DNA of 64,000 bases from Klebsormidium nitens. Taxonomy: Eukaryota; Plantae; Klebsormidiophyceae. Under the pieces are notes generated by a model that was not told the origin of the DNA, ran no database searches, and was given only the letters and a program-made list of their open reading frames with translations. Location of the stretch: positions 69,817-133,816 of the forward strand of contig DF237006.1 in assembly GCA_000708835.1 (NCBI GenBank), read 5' to 3'. Shown piece after piece: positions 39,401 to 53,157 of this stretch (position 1 is the first letter of the stretch; each line of letters begins with the position of its first letter). The translations under genes and the position numbers were made by a program.

Positions 39401-42400
39401 CGCCCCGCCGGAACGTCCCGCCCACCTGCCAAAAGAGACGCTCGATGAGGCAGGCTGCAACTATAAATTTTCGCTGTGAACTTTCCGTTACAAGCCTTTG
39501 AAAGGATCCAATGTCCGCTTAGCAAAACCTTCAGACAGGTAGAACCAAGCTCGCTGCTTGGTTCCAATTTCTGCTGGAGAACGAGACAGATGTCAAAACC
39601 AATCCCCACGTACAAGTGAGTGCAAAAAGAGAGCCAAAACTACACGGGTACATGTAACCCGATCTTGGCCCCTCAGAACGAGCACTCGGTTCCTCACGTC
39701 GGGCAAGTTGGCAAAACGCTGCAGGCATCTCATGCGGCATCCTTCATCCCCCCCGTCACTTTCTCCCCCCGTTCTAGTTCTTACCTCCTTGAGGAACTCG
39801 CTGTCCTGGTCCTCCTCGTCCGTCTCCTCGTCCCCCTGCGCCGACGCGCGCGCGCTGCGGCTGACGTCCATCGCGTTCTCGTCCCTGCTGTTGTCCTCCG
39901 CCGCGGCCGCTGCCAGGTCGGCCAGCTTGGCGGCGGGGATCGGCGCCACCGACTGCTTCCACTCGTCGTCCTCGGCGCCCTCGCGCACCATGGCCCAACG
40001 ACACCCCTTGCCCGCCACGCCCACCTGCGGAATGCACAGCACGAGAGATCAATGTCTCCTCAATTTATGTATAATAAGCTCCAAATATAGGAAGCTCCTA
40101 ACCCCAACATTAAAACCTAACCCTCAACTACGCGGTCCCCACCTTTACCCACCCTAGACCCCCAAAGTAACCCCAGCCGTCCCAAGCTGGTTAGCTTACA
40201 TTATTTAAAGCTTATCATACCTGAATGAGTTCTGGAGAAGTCAGTCTCTGGACGAGCAAGGGTGAGCAGTGGAGGAGAGACACGTGGAACGATTGGCGCC
40301 GCAGTGTCCGCACCACAATCTCAGATGCCGCTCTTTCAAGGATCGGCTTGCGTACCCGTGATGAAGACTAACGTACCCCTGGAGCAAGACGCAAAGAACG
40401 GCATGAACGAAAAGGGTTCTCAGAGAACATTGAAAAGACCAGTACTGCGTATGAGGAAGCAAAGGGCCGCCTCACCTCTTCTGGATTCCAGGAGATCGGC
40501 ACCACTGCTGCCCCCTCTGATTCCTCATCATCAGAGCCTGCACAGAAAAGAGATCTCAGCAAATGTAACGGCCCAGATGAGATATATGGCGCAGCCTATT
40601 TACTAGTCACCGAATGATGACCAAAAGGGGTACTTGACGCAATTCTCTGCTGATTTGAGGACGCGCCGGATTTGGGCCGGGTGCGCGAATGCGTTGACGC
40701 GATTGCGCTGTGTTGGCAGGCTTAACGAGCTAGAATCCCCGTCCGGATCCGCCCGCACTTCGTATCATATCCAGCCGATCGCTTTACAAACGCCGGAGCT
40801 TACCTTTTTCTAATCCTCGACCCAGTAAACATTCACGCCAGTAAACAAGTGAGCTTTTTGGGTTCAACCAGGATTCTTACTCAGATACTCTTGTGCTCTG
40901 CACCTGTACCCACCCTAGCCCCCTACCAACGCCACCGGTCCCCATAAGTGGTCGATAAGCTCTTACTATTCACTCAAATGATGGGGCTCACCTTTGTGCG
41001 CGTCTGCGCCGCCGACGCCCGCCTGGTCGTACTCCAGCTCCTCGTCGCTGTCGTCATCCTCCATCGGCTGCGCCAGCATCGAGATGCGCGAGTATGCGGG
41101 CACCCGGAAGCCGCCCCCGACCTCCACCTGCCACCAAAGCACATGACTGATGACTCCTCACATGGATGATGCTTGACCAACTCTCCATCTCTAGTTTCTC
41201 AAACGCACTTTGCCCGCAACCCAATGATTGCAGAATCGGTGCATGCTTTCTAGGGTGATAAAGTGACTTTCTAGGGTCAACGCTGTTGTACACAAGGATA
41301 TCGTGCATCGTCTTCAAGATTCCTGACCTGGTCAACTTAGACTTTTCATTTTCGGTAGGGCGCATGGCAAGCGCCACTCGAACTAAACACATAATAGCAA
41401 TGTTTTGAGGAGCGGCGACTCGGCGGCCGGCAGCGCGAAGACGAGTTACGGGCCCAACCTTGAAGGAGAGGACGGCCCCCGGCTCCACCACCGCCTTGTC
41501 CTTCACCAGCACATTGTCGCACACCACCGCTGACGTCAGCACCGCGCCGTTCCCGATCTTGACGTCGTTCCAGACGTACGACCCGTAGATGCGCACGTTG
41601 GCGCCGATGACGCAGTTGCTGCCGATCACTGAGTTCTGGATGATTGTCCGCTCGCCGACCACCGTCTTCTCGCCCAGGACCGTGTTTTCGCCAATCACGG
41701 CCGTCCGAGCAATTTTCAAGTCTGCATAAGGATCATGCGAACGCTATTCGCGAATCCGTCGGCTCCAACGATAAAGAGCTGAGATGATAAAGGAAGAGTC
41801 CCAACCAGGTGACTAAGAAAAGCCGTTCCCGAGTACATCATTGGGACACGGGTAGTGAAGCACCTACAGCTTCGTATAAATACGCTCTGGCCAGCAGTTC
41901 TTGAACAAAACTCTCCCGATTCGTGTTCGCTCCAGCGTCCCTCGAATGCCGACCGTTCCTTTAACGTAGTGCGTCTTCAAAGTTGATCCAACGGGAGGTG
42001 CCTGGCAGTTTGGCAGCCGAGTTTTGCAGAAAGCTTATGGAGAGTCCAAGATAGTGCAGTGGACCGACCTTCCTCCTTATAGATGTTGGTCCGGCCCAGC
42101 TTGACGTTGACGGGCCGGTTGCCGAACATGGTGTCGAGCACGAACGGGTACGCCCAGCGGTGGATGACGTCCTTGCTGACAGTGTCATACGACCGCAGAT
42201 TGTCGATCCGGGCAGCGTACTCGCGGGTCAACTCGTACGTGTAGATCTTGTTGCCCATGATCTGGACATGCACCGGACAACTCTCGAGATAAAGCGAAAG
42301 CTTCATCTTCAATCGAACGGACAGGAGGACTGCAGTGTGCGAATCGACTGCGCTGGACGCATTATGTGCGCCTACCTTCGCATACAACTGATGCATCGAC

Positions 42401-44901
42401 GAAGAGTCGGAATTGGGAAAAGCACCGGGTCATCGACAACAGCCTTCGGTTGTACCAAACAAGCCCCTATCTGCTGTGCCTTTCCATGGTCGTCTAATGA
42501 TATCTTGACCTTAGCTCTGTTACAACCACACAATAGTAACCCGCAAAACAACTCAAAGGCAACAAATTCTTCACCGGGACATCAGCACCGTACCTCGTCG
42601 CTGAGGAGCCCCTTGACGAAGTCGCGGCGAAGGTGCTGGTAGTCGAAGTTGTCGGTGAAGAGCATGAGCACCTCGGGCGCGCAGATGTCGATGAAGCAGT
42701 CCTCCAGGTCCGTGCGCAGCTGCACCGCCTGCCGACCCTCAAACATCGCGCGCTCCAGGCCCAAGTACTGCCCGCCCTTGCTGCCTGAACCCGGGAGAAA
42801 AGCACCGATCATTCGAGCAAGCGTTCTCACTCGGGCAACGAAAGTCACGGGAAGACATGAGCGATGAATCGTACGGAACTACGTTTGTCAGTGCCAAACA
42901 AGAATCGAAGATGGTGAGGACGCAGTAACAAACTAAAGATCGCGTGTGATTGTCGAAGCCATTAGAAGATTTGGCAGCTGTTATTTTAGGGCCACAGGCA
43001 ATTGACGATAAGGCAAAGCCGTGGGTCCGGCTGCTTGAAATTTATGCGTTCTAGTGATAGGTGACCACCTTGTAAAGCTCAAAATGGCCGGAGTTTGCAA
43101 GATAGAAGCATCATGTTGGCCCACACGAAACAACCCACCTTCCCGACCCCCGCTCTCTTTGCCGTGATCGTACAGCAGCAGCTGTTTGGTTTGCGGGTCA
43201 ATTGCAGCCAGCAGCTCCTCATTGCCCAGCCTGGTCAGGTGCGTAACCGGGTCGGGTTTGGCCTGCTTAACCACCATGGTCATGATGGCCTGCTTGTCCT
43301 TGGCCCTGCGCGCCTTGTGCTCTGCCAGTACCGCGTCCAGCGACATGTTGCTGATCGTGTCTCCCGAAATCAGGATGAAATCATTTCGTATCTGGATCGA
43401 GAAAGACAACGTCAGAATAAGAAGCAATTCCGCTGATTTTTGATTCGTTTCTAGAACGACATTTCAGAAACGGCACGACTGAAAGTAAATTTGAGAGCCT
43501 TTGAGGTGGTCGAAGCAGTATACAGCAATGCTTTGATCAGATGAAGAATGTCGAACAAAGCTGTAATCTGAAAGATCTGCAAGCTCGTTCCATTAGAGTC
43601 ACTCTCGAAAGAATGAATAGTACCCTGGTCATAAAAACTTCTTCTAGTCGTAAAGATCATTTGCCTCTTCGAACTGCTCGCCCGGGCCATCTTTCCTACT
43701 AACCATATTGATTCTTGCAAGGGCACCAAGTTGGCCATAGTAGGATCAGCGCACTTACCAAATTCTTTTCATCTATTAAGCGCAGCGCCTCCCCCGCGCT
43801 CATGGAGTTGTGCGAGACGATGGGCGTCACATGGAAGTTGGGTTGCTTCTTCCACTTGGAGGTCTCTATGTACGCCTGGATCTGGCGGGCGTGCGCGCAG
43901 CAGAACACTAGGACGTCCTCCACCCCGGCTGACGCCAGCCACTCCAGCGTGTAGTCGATCATGGGGACGTTCGCAACAGGGAGGAGCATCTGCAACCACC
44001 AATTAACAAATAAGTCACCATTTGCGAAACCAACCCGGCCGCAAGTTGGACACATTCATCTCTTGTTGCACAAGCAGGCAGACCTGACGACGGCACCTGC
44101 TTCGAGCGGGAGTCCAAAGAAGAAGCTGGCGCACATAGAGAATGGGCCAAAGATGCGGTCCAAGCATATGAGCGCTTATGACATCGATAACTCGACCTGT
44201 TTCTGGAAGGCAATGCCATTCAGCCCTTAGGAGCACTGATCGGGGGAGCTTGCATTTGGGGTGGCTGGAAGATATGGTCAACATACAGGGTTGGGACTGC
44301 TTCGGTGGGGATGCGCAACCAGTAATCAGAGAATTTCTCGAGGTTCGATGGGGCGTTTGATGGGGCAGATTAACCGCGCTGACAAGACCTTGTAGTTTGA
44401 ACAAGCACCACCAGTGTACACACTCAACGGGATAATCTTCTGTACACCTGTCCTTTTATGTCATAAGAATGTATAGAAGTATGCACACCAACGAGCCATT
44501 GACATTTGAGATCTGTAGTAAGAACCAGGAATTGATTTGTTGATTGAGAGCCTACGGTTTCACTTGATCGTCCAAATCAGTGGCATTGACTATCACAGCA
44601 GAAACCCTTGATCAAAGTAGATTCGCAACATCCACCATTACCATGAAACAGCTTTTGATCAAAATGCAAGTTGGAAGATACATCAAGCCTTGTCACATGT
44701 CTAAGAACCAAGCAGAAAATGGCGTTCTCAGTCTTGAGAGGTGCTTATCAACCACCGAACGTGAGATGGGCTGACCTTCGGCCGTTCCAAGGTTATAGGC
44801 TTGAATTTTTGAGCGAAGCTGTCGGCCAGCAGAATTGCCTGGAGGGGCCCCTGTGCTTCTTCATCAGCCACTTCCTGAGGTGGCCCCTTACGAGGCGCCA
44901 T
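36464..44901 (-). CDS. EIF2B5: Translation initiation factor eIF2B epsilon subunit, multi-exon
   Basis: [23 protein letters not shown]|[61 protein letters not shown]...RWAYP, hexapeptide LbH repeats, and W2 domain ([11 protein letters not shown]...WLREADEES). Confidence 0.93.
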
Positions 44902-45632
44902 GGCCACCAGGGCCTACCACCCTCTCCCCAGCAACTGTGCGTACAATGCCCTGCAGCCTGAGCACTTCCACAGGCTTTGCAATCAGTTCACAGCCACCCA
45001 GAACAACCACCTCGCAGCCACTTGGGTCCAGCTGCCAGTGCGGGCGCTCTATACAGCCTTGTACAGGCTCGTGCGGCGTGCCCCACGCTACGATGACTGG
45101 GCCTGGCGTGCAGTCTCCAGAGGGAGGATCTCGGCACAGTGTCACTGTTGGTATTTAATTGCCCCGGTGATGAAGTGCAGGTTAGAGCAAGTGGCCGGTA
45201 GCTTTCTGCTTGGGTTAATTGAGCATCCAGGACCGGCGACCGCGAAGGGCCCCCGGGTGGACAGAAGCCGCCGGCCGGTCCTGTCGCAAATATTTCTAGG
45301 GGAGAGCAAAAATGGTGACGGGCCACCAAATGGCCCAGGCAAGGTCCAGGACCATGCACTGCATCTGCCACATGAGGACAAGGCTCGAGTACTTTCAACA
45401 TGGTCATCATGAGGGCAGAGCCGCATGCCAGTCGAAGAGTGACTCCGTTTGGGCGGCCCAATCTCCATTCTCCACTCGAGGGCGCCACCTTCAAGCTTGG
45501 GGGCATGCGACTTGTAAGATTATTCTTTTTGGAGCAGTTGGAGGGTGAAGGGACGGCAGGAAGGTGCTAGGCACAAAGTGTAGCCTGCGTCAAGTACCAC
45601 GAAGAGTAGTTTGATCTCTGTGTACAAGTGCC

Positions 45633-48600
45633 ATGGAGGGCCCTTCAGCGGTAGCAGGTTACGAGGAAGAGGAGGACGTATGCCGCATTTGCCGCATGCC
45701 CGGAGAGCCAGACTCACCGTTGTACTATCCGTGTCAGTGCAACGGGTCCATCCGTTGGGTCCACCAGGAGTGCTTGCTTCAGTGGTTAAAACATAGCTCC
45801 ACTGTAAGCTGCGAGGTGAGACTAGCGTGCAGGAAGGGTTTGCCGCGTGCCTTTGTCATTCTAAGACTTGTGGTTTCATATGCAGGACACCGCGTTGAAG
45901 TTAGCTCAACTTTGAAACTTTGAACATTCTGTACTCCTTGAAAGCTGTCTTGCTTCTCTTGTTTAGGGTTGTTGCTGGGCCGTTCTTTGAACAGGCCCAT
46001 GCAAATGGCTGCTTATGAATGCAGATACATTTGCTTGTCAAATCTGCTCATTAAGATACAACTGGAGTTTATCTGATCATTGATGATGTCCAAGTCATCG
46101 TTCTGTCTGGACTAGTATCCTGCGAATATGTCTGAAGTTTCTTCTGCTTATGGTCCTTATAAATCAATGGCATGTTCTTTGACAAGGTTTTGTTTACAGA
46201 AGGCACGGTGGTTGCCAATCTGACCCGCTTGTTACAAAGAGGTCGTTCTAGTGGAGCATGTGGTTCTCCTGAAACAATGACATCAGCGGAACATTCTGAA
46301 GTGTCATCATCTCGCTGCTCTTCAATGATCCTCAATCAGGCTGGGTCCTCTGCAGGTCTGCAAGCATCCGTTCACGTTCTCCCCTGTCTACGCCCCCGAC
46401 GCCCCTTCCCGACTGCCCCTCTGGGAGCTCCTCAAGGGTTTGATCTCCAAAGTCACCCGGGGCAGCCGCATTGTGGCTCGCCTCAACCTCGTCCTCACAG
46501 TCTGGCTTGTGATCGTCCCCTATGCCACCTCCTGGCTGTGGAGGCTCGCCTTTGCCAAGACCTGGAGCATGCAGGAAGACCTGCTCCCCCAGCTGGCCCC
46601 CCTGCAGCTCCTCAGCGACTGCCTCTTTGGCAGCTTCTTGTCGGCCGGCATCGTGTTCACTTTCCTGGGGGCCACTGCGATCAAGGAGTACGTGCGGCAA
46701 CTGCAGGAGCCGGTCCTGGCCGAGGACGCACGCCAGGCAGAACCCGAGGGGGTGGTAGCGGCGTTCAATGCAGGGCTAAGAGACGGGCAGGAAGGGGCAG
46801 CGCAGCATCCGGTGGGGCCCGAGAATGTCGGGGGGCCAGGACAACAGAATGTCGAGGTCCCGCAAGCGGAGGGTTTGCAGTTGCTCGGGGCGGCGGCTGC
46901 CGGCGGCGCGGGGGCTGGGGGGGTGCTGGAGGTTGACAACGGGGCCGTTGAGGTGCCTTTTGAGGAGCTCATTGGGATGCAGGGCCCCATTCTCAACCTC
47001 CTGGAGAATGCAATAACGGTCTTGGTTTCGAACGCGCTGTTTCTGGGGGCCGTGGTCATGGTCCCATTCCATGTGGGGAGGCTGGTGGTGCTGGCCCTCG
47101 AAGGATCCCCGGTCCTTCGAAGCGGGGTTGCGCGTTTGCAGGGGCTCAAGGGGAGCTTCCTGGTTCCGGAAGTTATGGACAAACTGGCGCAGGTCGCGGC
47201 AAGCTTGAGAGAGGAGGTCGCTGTGGTGTCAAACTGGTCAGAACCATTGGTGCGGTCAGTCACGGGGGGTCCGAACGGAAGCAGCATCTCAGCATTGACC
47301 AGCTTTCTCGCCTTTGGGGGCGAAGAAACGTGGAGCAAGGCTGTCGGCAACTCCACTGCTTTTGGTTTTGCAGCAGAAGAGACGGGGTCGCTTTCCGAGA
47401 ATAGTAGCTTCGCGGCGAATGTGAGCACGTTAGGAGAGGTCATCAATGCGACTGTGAGCGGCAATATCAGTGAGGCGTCAAATTCGACCAGCCTTCTGCC
47501 GGGGGGGGTTCCGAAGACTGCAGACTTAGACGTCTCCGATGCAACGACTCTGTTTGCGGGTTACTCAGTGCTGGTACTGGGGCTGTGCTTGTGGCTGACG
47601 GCATGGTACGGAGTGAAGCGGTGGCGGGGGGAGTCTGTTCTGCACCGGCAGCGGGGGGTGGGGGCCGTCATTGCTGCAGCCCCTGAAGCAGGGAGACAGG
47701 TGAGAAGACGTTTGGCGGTTTTCCCTCTCTGGGAGCTTATACAAAATTTTCGAAATCGCAGGTGGACTGCTGGAATCTGTGACACTCGATACCTGGACCA
47801 ATCACTTGTGTAAACCTGACCGGCTTTCCTACTTTACTGTCTCTCAAACCTCTCTGCGTTTGTTGTGGGCTGACCTTCATGGTCGTCAAAGACATGGTAC
47901 CTTCCACGGATTGAACGAAGGATACCAACTCTCGTTGAAGACATCCGTTTCCATAACCTCTTTGCTCATTGCCAGACACTGATCTTTCTCGCTCTTTTGT
48001 GGCGGATTTGTTTATGTGGTGCATGACTTACCTCTCCTTTTACTCCATTCTGTGCAGGTCATTGCCGGTGTGCGTTACTTCATGACCTCCGTCAAGGTGT
48101 CCTTTCTGTTGGGCCTAGAGCTGGGCGTGTTCCCGCTGCTCTGCGGCTGGTGGCTCGACTTTTGTACCTTCGCCCTGCTGGGTGCCACGTGGCCCGACCG
48201 CCTGGCCTTTCTTGAAGCGGCGCCCTTCACATGTGCGCTTCTGCACTGGCTGTCCGGGGTCATCTACATGCTGCAGCTCAGCGTCTTTGCGAGCCTTAAC
48301 CGAGAGGTGAGCCGACATTCCGATGAGATACATTCTGATTTGAGTTAGCCTTCTTTTGTAGGTTTCGAACAAACAATTTGATATCAACTGCTCCTCAATC
48401 TGCCTGATAATGACAATGGCTTTTACTCTATCAGAACAATTAGGGAAAGGAGATGGCAGCTCGAGAGCATCACAAAGCATAGTCCCTATGGTCGTACTTT
48501 ATGTTCCGTCCTTTTGAATCTTCCACGTTTTTGTTCCCAGCACCTTGCTTAGCTTACTGTCCGGTTAGCCGACGGCAAGTGCGCTTCTCTTATCGCAAGC

Positions 48601-51598
48601 AAGTGTCCGTCCAACCCCCCCCACCTCACGTCTCACTTCCCAGTTTGGTCCCCTCGCTTTCCCAGGTCCTCCGCCCCGGCGTCCTGTCCTTTTTGCGCGA
48701 CCCCACGGACCCCAACTACAACCCTTTCCGCGACCTCGTCGAGGAGCCGCTCCACCGCCACTTGCGCCGCGTGGCGCTCTCCCTCGTCATCTACGGCGTC
48801 CTGGTCGTGCTCCTCGTGTTCATCCCGATCCGCCTCGCGCTCGCCGCCTGCCCCGCGCTCTTCCCGCTCAACCTGCGCTTCTCGGACCCCTTCACCGAGG
48901 TCCCCGCGGACATGCTCCTCTTCCACATCTGCATCCCGTTTACCGTCGAGCACTTCAAGCCGCGCGTCACCGTCAAGTGGCTGCTTGCGCGCTGGTTCGA
49001 GGTCGTCGGCTCCGCGCTCGGCCTTGCGGAGTTCCTGCTGCCGGCGCCGGGAGACGGGGCCGGGAACGGAAACGGAAACGGAAACGGAAACGGAAACGGG
49101 GTGGCTCCTGTGGGGGAGCAGCAGCTCGTGGCTCAGATGGCCAACCTCGAGATTGACGAGATCGCGGAGACGCCGAACTTGCCGTCGAACGAGGCCGCTG
49201 CTCCGCCGGACATTTCGGACGGCCTGTTTCCGCTGCGCATCGTGCTGCTGATCCTACTGGGGTGGCTCACGCTCCTTGGCTTCAACGCGCTAGCGGTGCT
49301 GGTGCCTCTGTCAGTGGGGCGTGCAGTGTTCGCCCAGGTGGCGCGGATTCCGGTGGCGAGCGCGGTTGCACACTGCAACGACATCTACACATTTGGAGTG
49401 GGCTGCTACGTCCTCTGGGGGGGCGGCGCTGCAGTGCGATACCTGGTGCGGTACCTGCAGACGCACGACCTGGTGTCGATGGCGAAGCAGGCAAGTGACG
49501 CGTCACCTTCCGAAACTTTCGCTGTAAGTGCGATGGAATCGAGTTGTTGTGACTAAGCTGAGGTGCGTCGGTTACTTACTGAGTTATTGTAATACTGGAA
49601 AGAGTGAGGTGTCTCAAGTACTTGTTCTAGGAAGGGCATCAGCAATTGCTCTCTTCCACGGAGCGTCGGGTGTGTTGGAGCCTCACGGCTCTCGTTCCTG
49701 TCAGTCCTCCCCTGACTTACGCGACTTTGATACGAAGTATCAGGTCCTTATCAGACAATTAGACGCACGGGTCTCACCCTGATCTCCACTGCGCGCAGGT
49801 GTGTGCGTGGGCGCTCATCTCGTGCAAGGCCGCCGTGCTGCTGACGCTGTGGCTGGGCGCGGTGCCGCTTCTGGTGGGCCTGCTGTTCGAGCTGCTGGTG
49901 GTGGTCCCGCTGCGCGTGCCCGTGGACGAGAGCCCCGTGTTCCTGCTCTATCAGGACTGGGCGCTCGGCCTGCTCTTCCTCAAGATCTGGACGCGCCTCG
50001 TCATGATCGGCCAGGGGCCGCTCGCCAACGACGCCTGGAGGGCCAGGTTTGAACAGGTGGGTGCTGTGGAAGAAAAGCGTTCTTACCGCAACGGTGCGAT
50101 TCAGTGGTTGCTCTGAGTTCATTTTGGTACTCTTCAAGGGGCCGATTGAAGAGTCGTAGAGAGTGGGAAGCATGGTTGCTTGCTCGCTCAGAATTCTCGC
50201 CCGAAAGCCTTTTGTCCCGTTAATCTGCACCCGTTCACCGGCGCAAAGCGACTTGGCTGTTTCATGGCTGTTTCCCGCCTGCAACGGCCAGTGGGGAGTT
50301 CGGCATTCTCCTTACCCAAACGACCGGAAGGAATCCTCGTACCCCTCAAGAAACTTATTCCTACCACTGTATTTACTGTTGATTCTCACTGCCTTTTTGC
50401 TGTTCCGCAGATCCAGGCCCTCGGCCTGCGCAACGTGCGCGTTATGTGGACCCTGCGCGAGATCATCCTGCCCGTCCTCTCCACGCTGCTCACGGCCCTT
50501 TGCGCCCCTTATGTCGCCGCCCGCGGCCTCTTCCCCCTCACCGGCAGCTCCCTCCTCGTGAGCTCCCTGGTGTACCGCTTCATCTGGCAGTGGTGCCTTG
50601 CCGCCGCGGTGCTCTGGAAGACCGCGGGACTGATCCGGGAGTGGGCGCGCGACCTGCACAACTCCATTCGGGACGAGCGGTACCTGGTCGGCAGGACGGT
50701 GAGGCATAATTACCGGTACCGATTGGACATAAACGCTGATTTTGTTTGCGAGTTCTCTTGGGGTCGTCCAGGTTGCAAAAATGTAGAAGGAAGGGGAGTT
50801 AAAGCGTTTGCTTTCGATTGCTGTGCTTTTTAGTGCTTTCCACCACTTCCTTTTGAGCCTGCCGGCTACGGTTCCGTCTGCAGCCAAACTTGTTGGTTGA
50901 GTAAAGCTGTCCATTTCATTTGGGCGGCAGGTTTCGAAGCCAAAAACTCCTGTCGCTTCCTCTCACCTTGCCCTGGCAGAATCTTCCTCGGCAATGGTTG
51001 AACAGTTCTTTCCAGAGGGGGCTGACGTGGCACTCGTCTCTTTCCGCAGCTGCACAATTTCGGTCAGCCCGCTGAGCCCGTTCCGTCTGCTGCCCCCACG
51101 CCCGCCGCCAGCGAGCATCACAGCACGGGCGTCGAGCCGTCCTGGTTTGCGCAGCTTCGTCTGAACGAAGAAGGGGCGGGTCCCGCCAACTCGGAGGGGA
51201 GTGCCTACACGAGCCCCCAGTGGGAGGGGCCGTTGCACGAGGAGCAAGAAGTGGCGTCAGAAGCGGTGGGAGCGGACGAGTTCTTTGGGCGCGACAGGCC
51301 GTCAGAGGTTACGTCAGCAATGGAGGAGATGCGTGTCTGGGGCGGCACCGATGGTGGGCCTAGCCGATCGGCGTCGGGAGTGTATGGTCCGGCTCGTGCT
51401 TTTGAGATGGGGTGCGCGGCAGGTGAGCGAGGTTTAGAGTCTCGAGCGCAGTTAACTAGGCAGAAGAGTTTGCATGGCGCAGAGCAGTCGGAAAGTGTGG
51501 ATGCTGAATGGGCTCTTTCTCAGGAGGTGCGCCGCCGCGCTGGGTTTGCTGCGCAGGCAAGATATAAACAACAGTGTGAGAGTGGGGACTTCAGATAA
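45633..51598 (+). CDS. SUD1: ERAD RING-CH E3 ligase SUD1/CER9/DOA10 (MARCH6), multi-exon
   Basis: RINGv DVCRICR...PCQCNGSIRWVHQECLLQWL...CE|VCKHPFTFSPVY, TD-domain LELGVFPLLCGWWLD, VLRPGVL.FLRDP.DPNYNPFRDL, VPVDESPVFLLYQDWALGL, LHNSIRDERYLVGRT|LHNFG. Confidence 0.94.
49062..49097 (+). repeat. (GGAAAC)n coding microsatellite giving (GN)6 in SUD1
   Basis: GGGAAC followed by GGAAAC x5, in frame. Confidence 0.9.
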
Positions 51599-52329
51599 GG
51601 TCACAGAAGCGACGATGCATAACACGGATGCTGCTTGTCACTTTCTTGTCCATTGTAATCTGTGTCGTTCGAGTCCAGTTCGCAACCTCCGGTTCAAACC
51701 AGCGGTCGACCATTTTGAACCAGCAGTCAGGCTCTCTATCTTGTTTGCCATGAAATGGTGCCCGGTCAGACGCCTTCCTTTATAAGGCCTACGCGTTGCA
51801 TATATGTAAGCTGGTGATTGACAATTGCGTTGAGGGAAGACCCGCTGCAGCATGCCAGGCCAATTCTAGACTGGCCACAGAATCGACCATGTGTACGCAA
51901 TTCGTAGTCATCCGGCATCATTGCATTACGATGCTCGAAGTCCCACCGTCGCGCCGTTTTGGTAACGGGCCGCGTACAAGAAGCTAGCAGCTGCAAATTG
52001 AGAGCAAAACGTGCACGTGTCTCTTTGTATGCCGGCCTTGCATGAAGCGATGGTGCGAGAGCTGTGCGACTTACATACATCCTCCACCGCATTCTGACGT
52101 ACATTTTGGAAGTGTCCCAATCATATGACGGTCCTTGCTCACGTTCTAAGGCGTTGCAGCATGAGTACTCCCGATAATGTCTGCTTATTCAAAGTGGTAT
52201 TCTACGATAGGAAGGATGCCGCTAGTGGACGCTACTCTCACTTCGCATTCCCCGGCTCCCTTCGATCATCCATGCCCGCGAATCGCTTCGCTTTTGTCGA
52301 ACGCCCTTCTCGGACACCGAGCGCCTTCA

Positions 52330-52605
52330 AGTCGTCAGATCGTACGACGTGCCAACCGAATGCATGCAGCAGGTGACACTACCAAAGTCCCTCCACCCAC
52401 AAGGTCTCCTTTTTCTGCGACCATACAAACGCGGCACTGCGCTGCCTGTTTTAGCAGACAGTGAGAAGCCGCGCCGAGCAGCCTGCTCGTGCGCCGTGAG
52501 CCCCGGTTCTGCCGGGGTGTCTGCTCATTGGGGGTGATTCCCCGACGTCGAGGCCCCGGGCCTCCGCCTGGCAGGGGGCGAACATCCTCTGCTGTCTTCA
52601 CTCCA
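52330..52605 (-). ncRNA. Candidate structured ncRNA, copy L (left arm of an inverted duplication)
   Basis: Aligns to the reverse complement of 53158-53475. Begins TGGAGTGAAGA, ends CGATCTGACGACT, and contains serial GC-rich hairpins. The duplication is seen directly; ncRNA status is inference. Confidence 0.4.
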
Positions 52606-53157
52606 CTTTAACTTCTCAAAACACCCATCACACGCTTTGCACATCTTGACATTTCAAAGCTGGGTCTGAACGAACTATTCGTAGGATAAAACCCGATCGT
52701 CAATGAACTTCGCGATCTGCATACCAAAGCTTGAGCGCAGAGGAGGAAGATGGAGTTGCGGAACAGACCCAATAGAAATTCTTCAAAACTAGACAATGCT
52801 ATTTTCAGAGATTTGGCTTAGCTGGGTTTTGTTCAGAAACATAGCAGGGAGAAATAACGAAGAGGTGGAGAACTGAGTGCCCTTCAGTATAACGTTAACC
52901 TTCTCAATGTTTACTGTGCGACTGGAGCGTAAATTTGAAGAACGTGCTGGCAAAGACGCAGATTACTGAGCCGATGCAATTCTTGAATGTTCTACCGCGA
53001 CAATCACGGACTGCATTCAGCTGTTTTTAGGCAATCTGCTTTCTGGAGAACCACGTGCACATGCGTCCAGAGGCTTTGAACTTTGCCATTATCAGCAGTC
53101 GTGGTTTAATCACTGTCCTACAAATATGGATAGTGGCTGTGGATGTGCGGTATGGGT

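Noticed and set aside
44900-45412. 170-aa plus-strand ORF whose ATG overlaps the eIF2B-epsilon ATG in a CCATGG palindrome
   Set aside because: No recognisable motif, and it lies in the eIF2B/SUD1 divergent promoter and UTR. ORFs of this length arise by chance in GC-rich DNA.
51660-51705. Two tRNA B-box-like motifs (GTTCGAGTCC, GGTTCAAACC)
   Set aside because: No A box at proper spacing and no cloverleaf.
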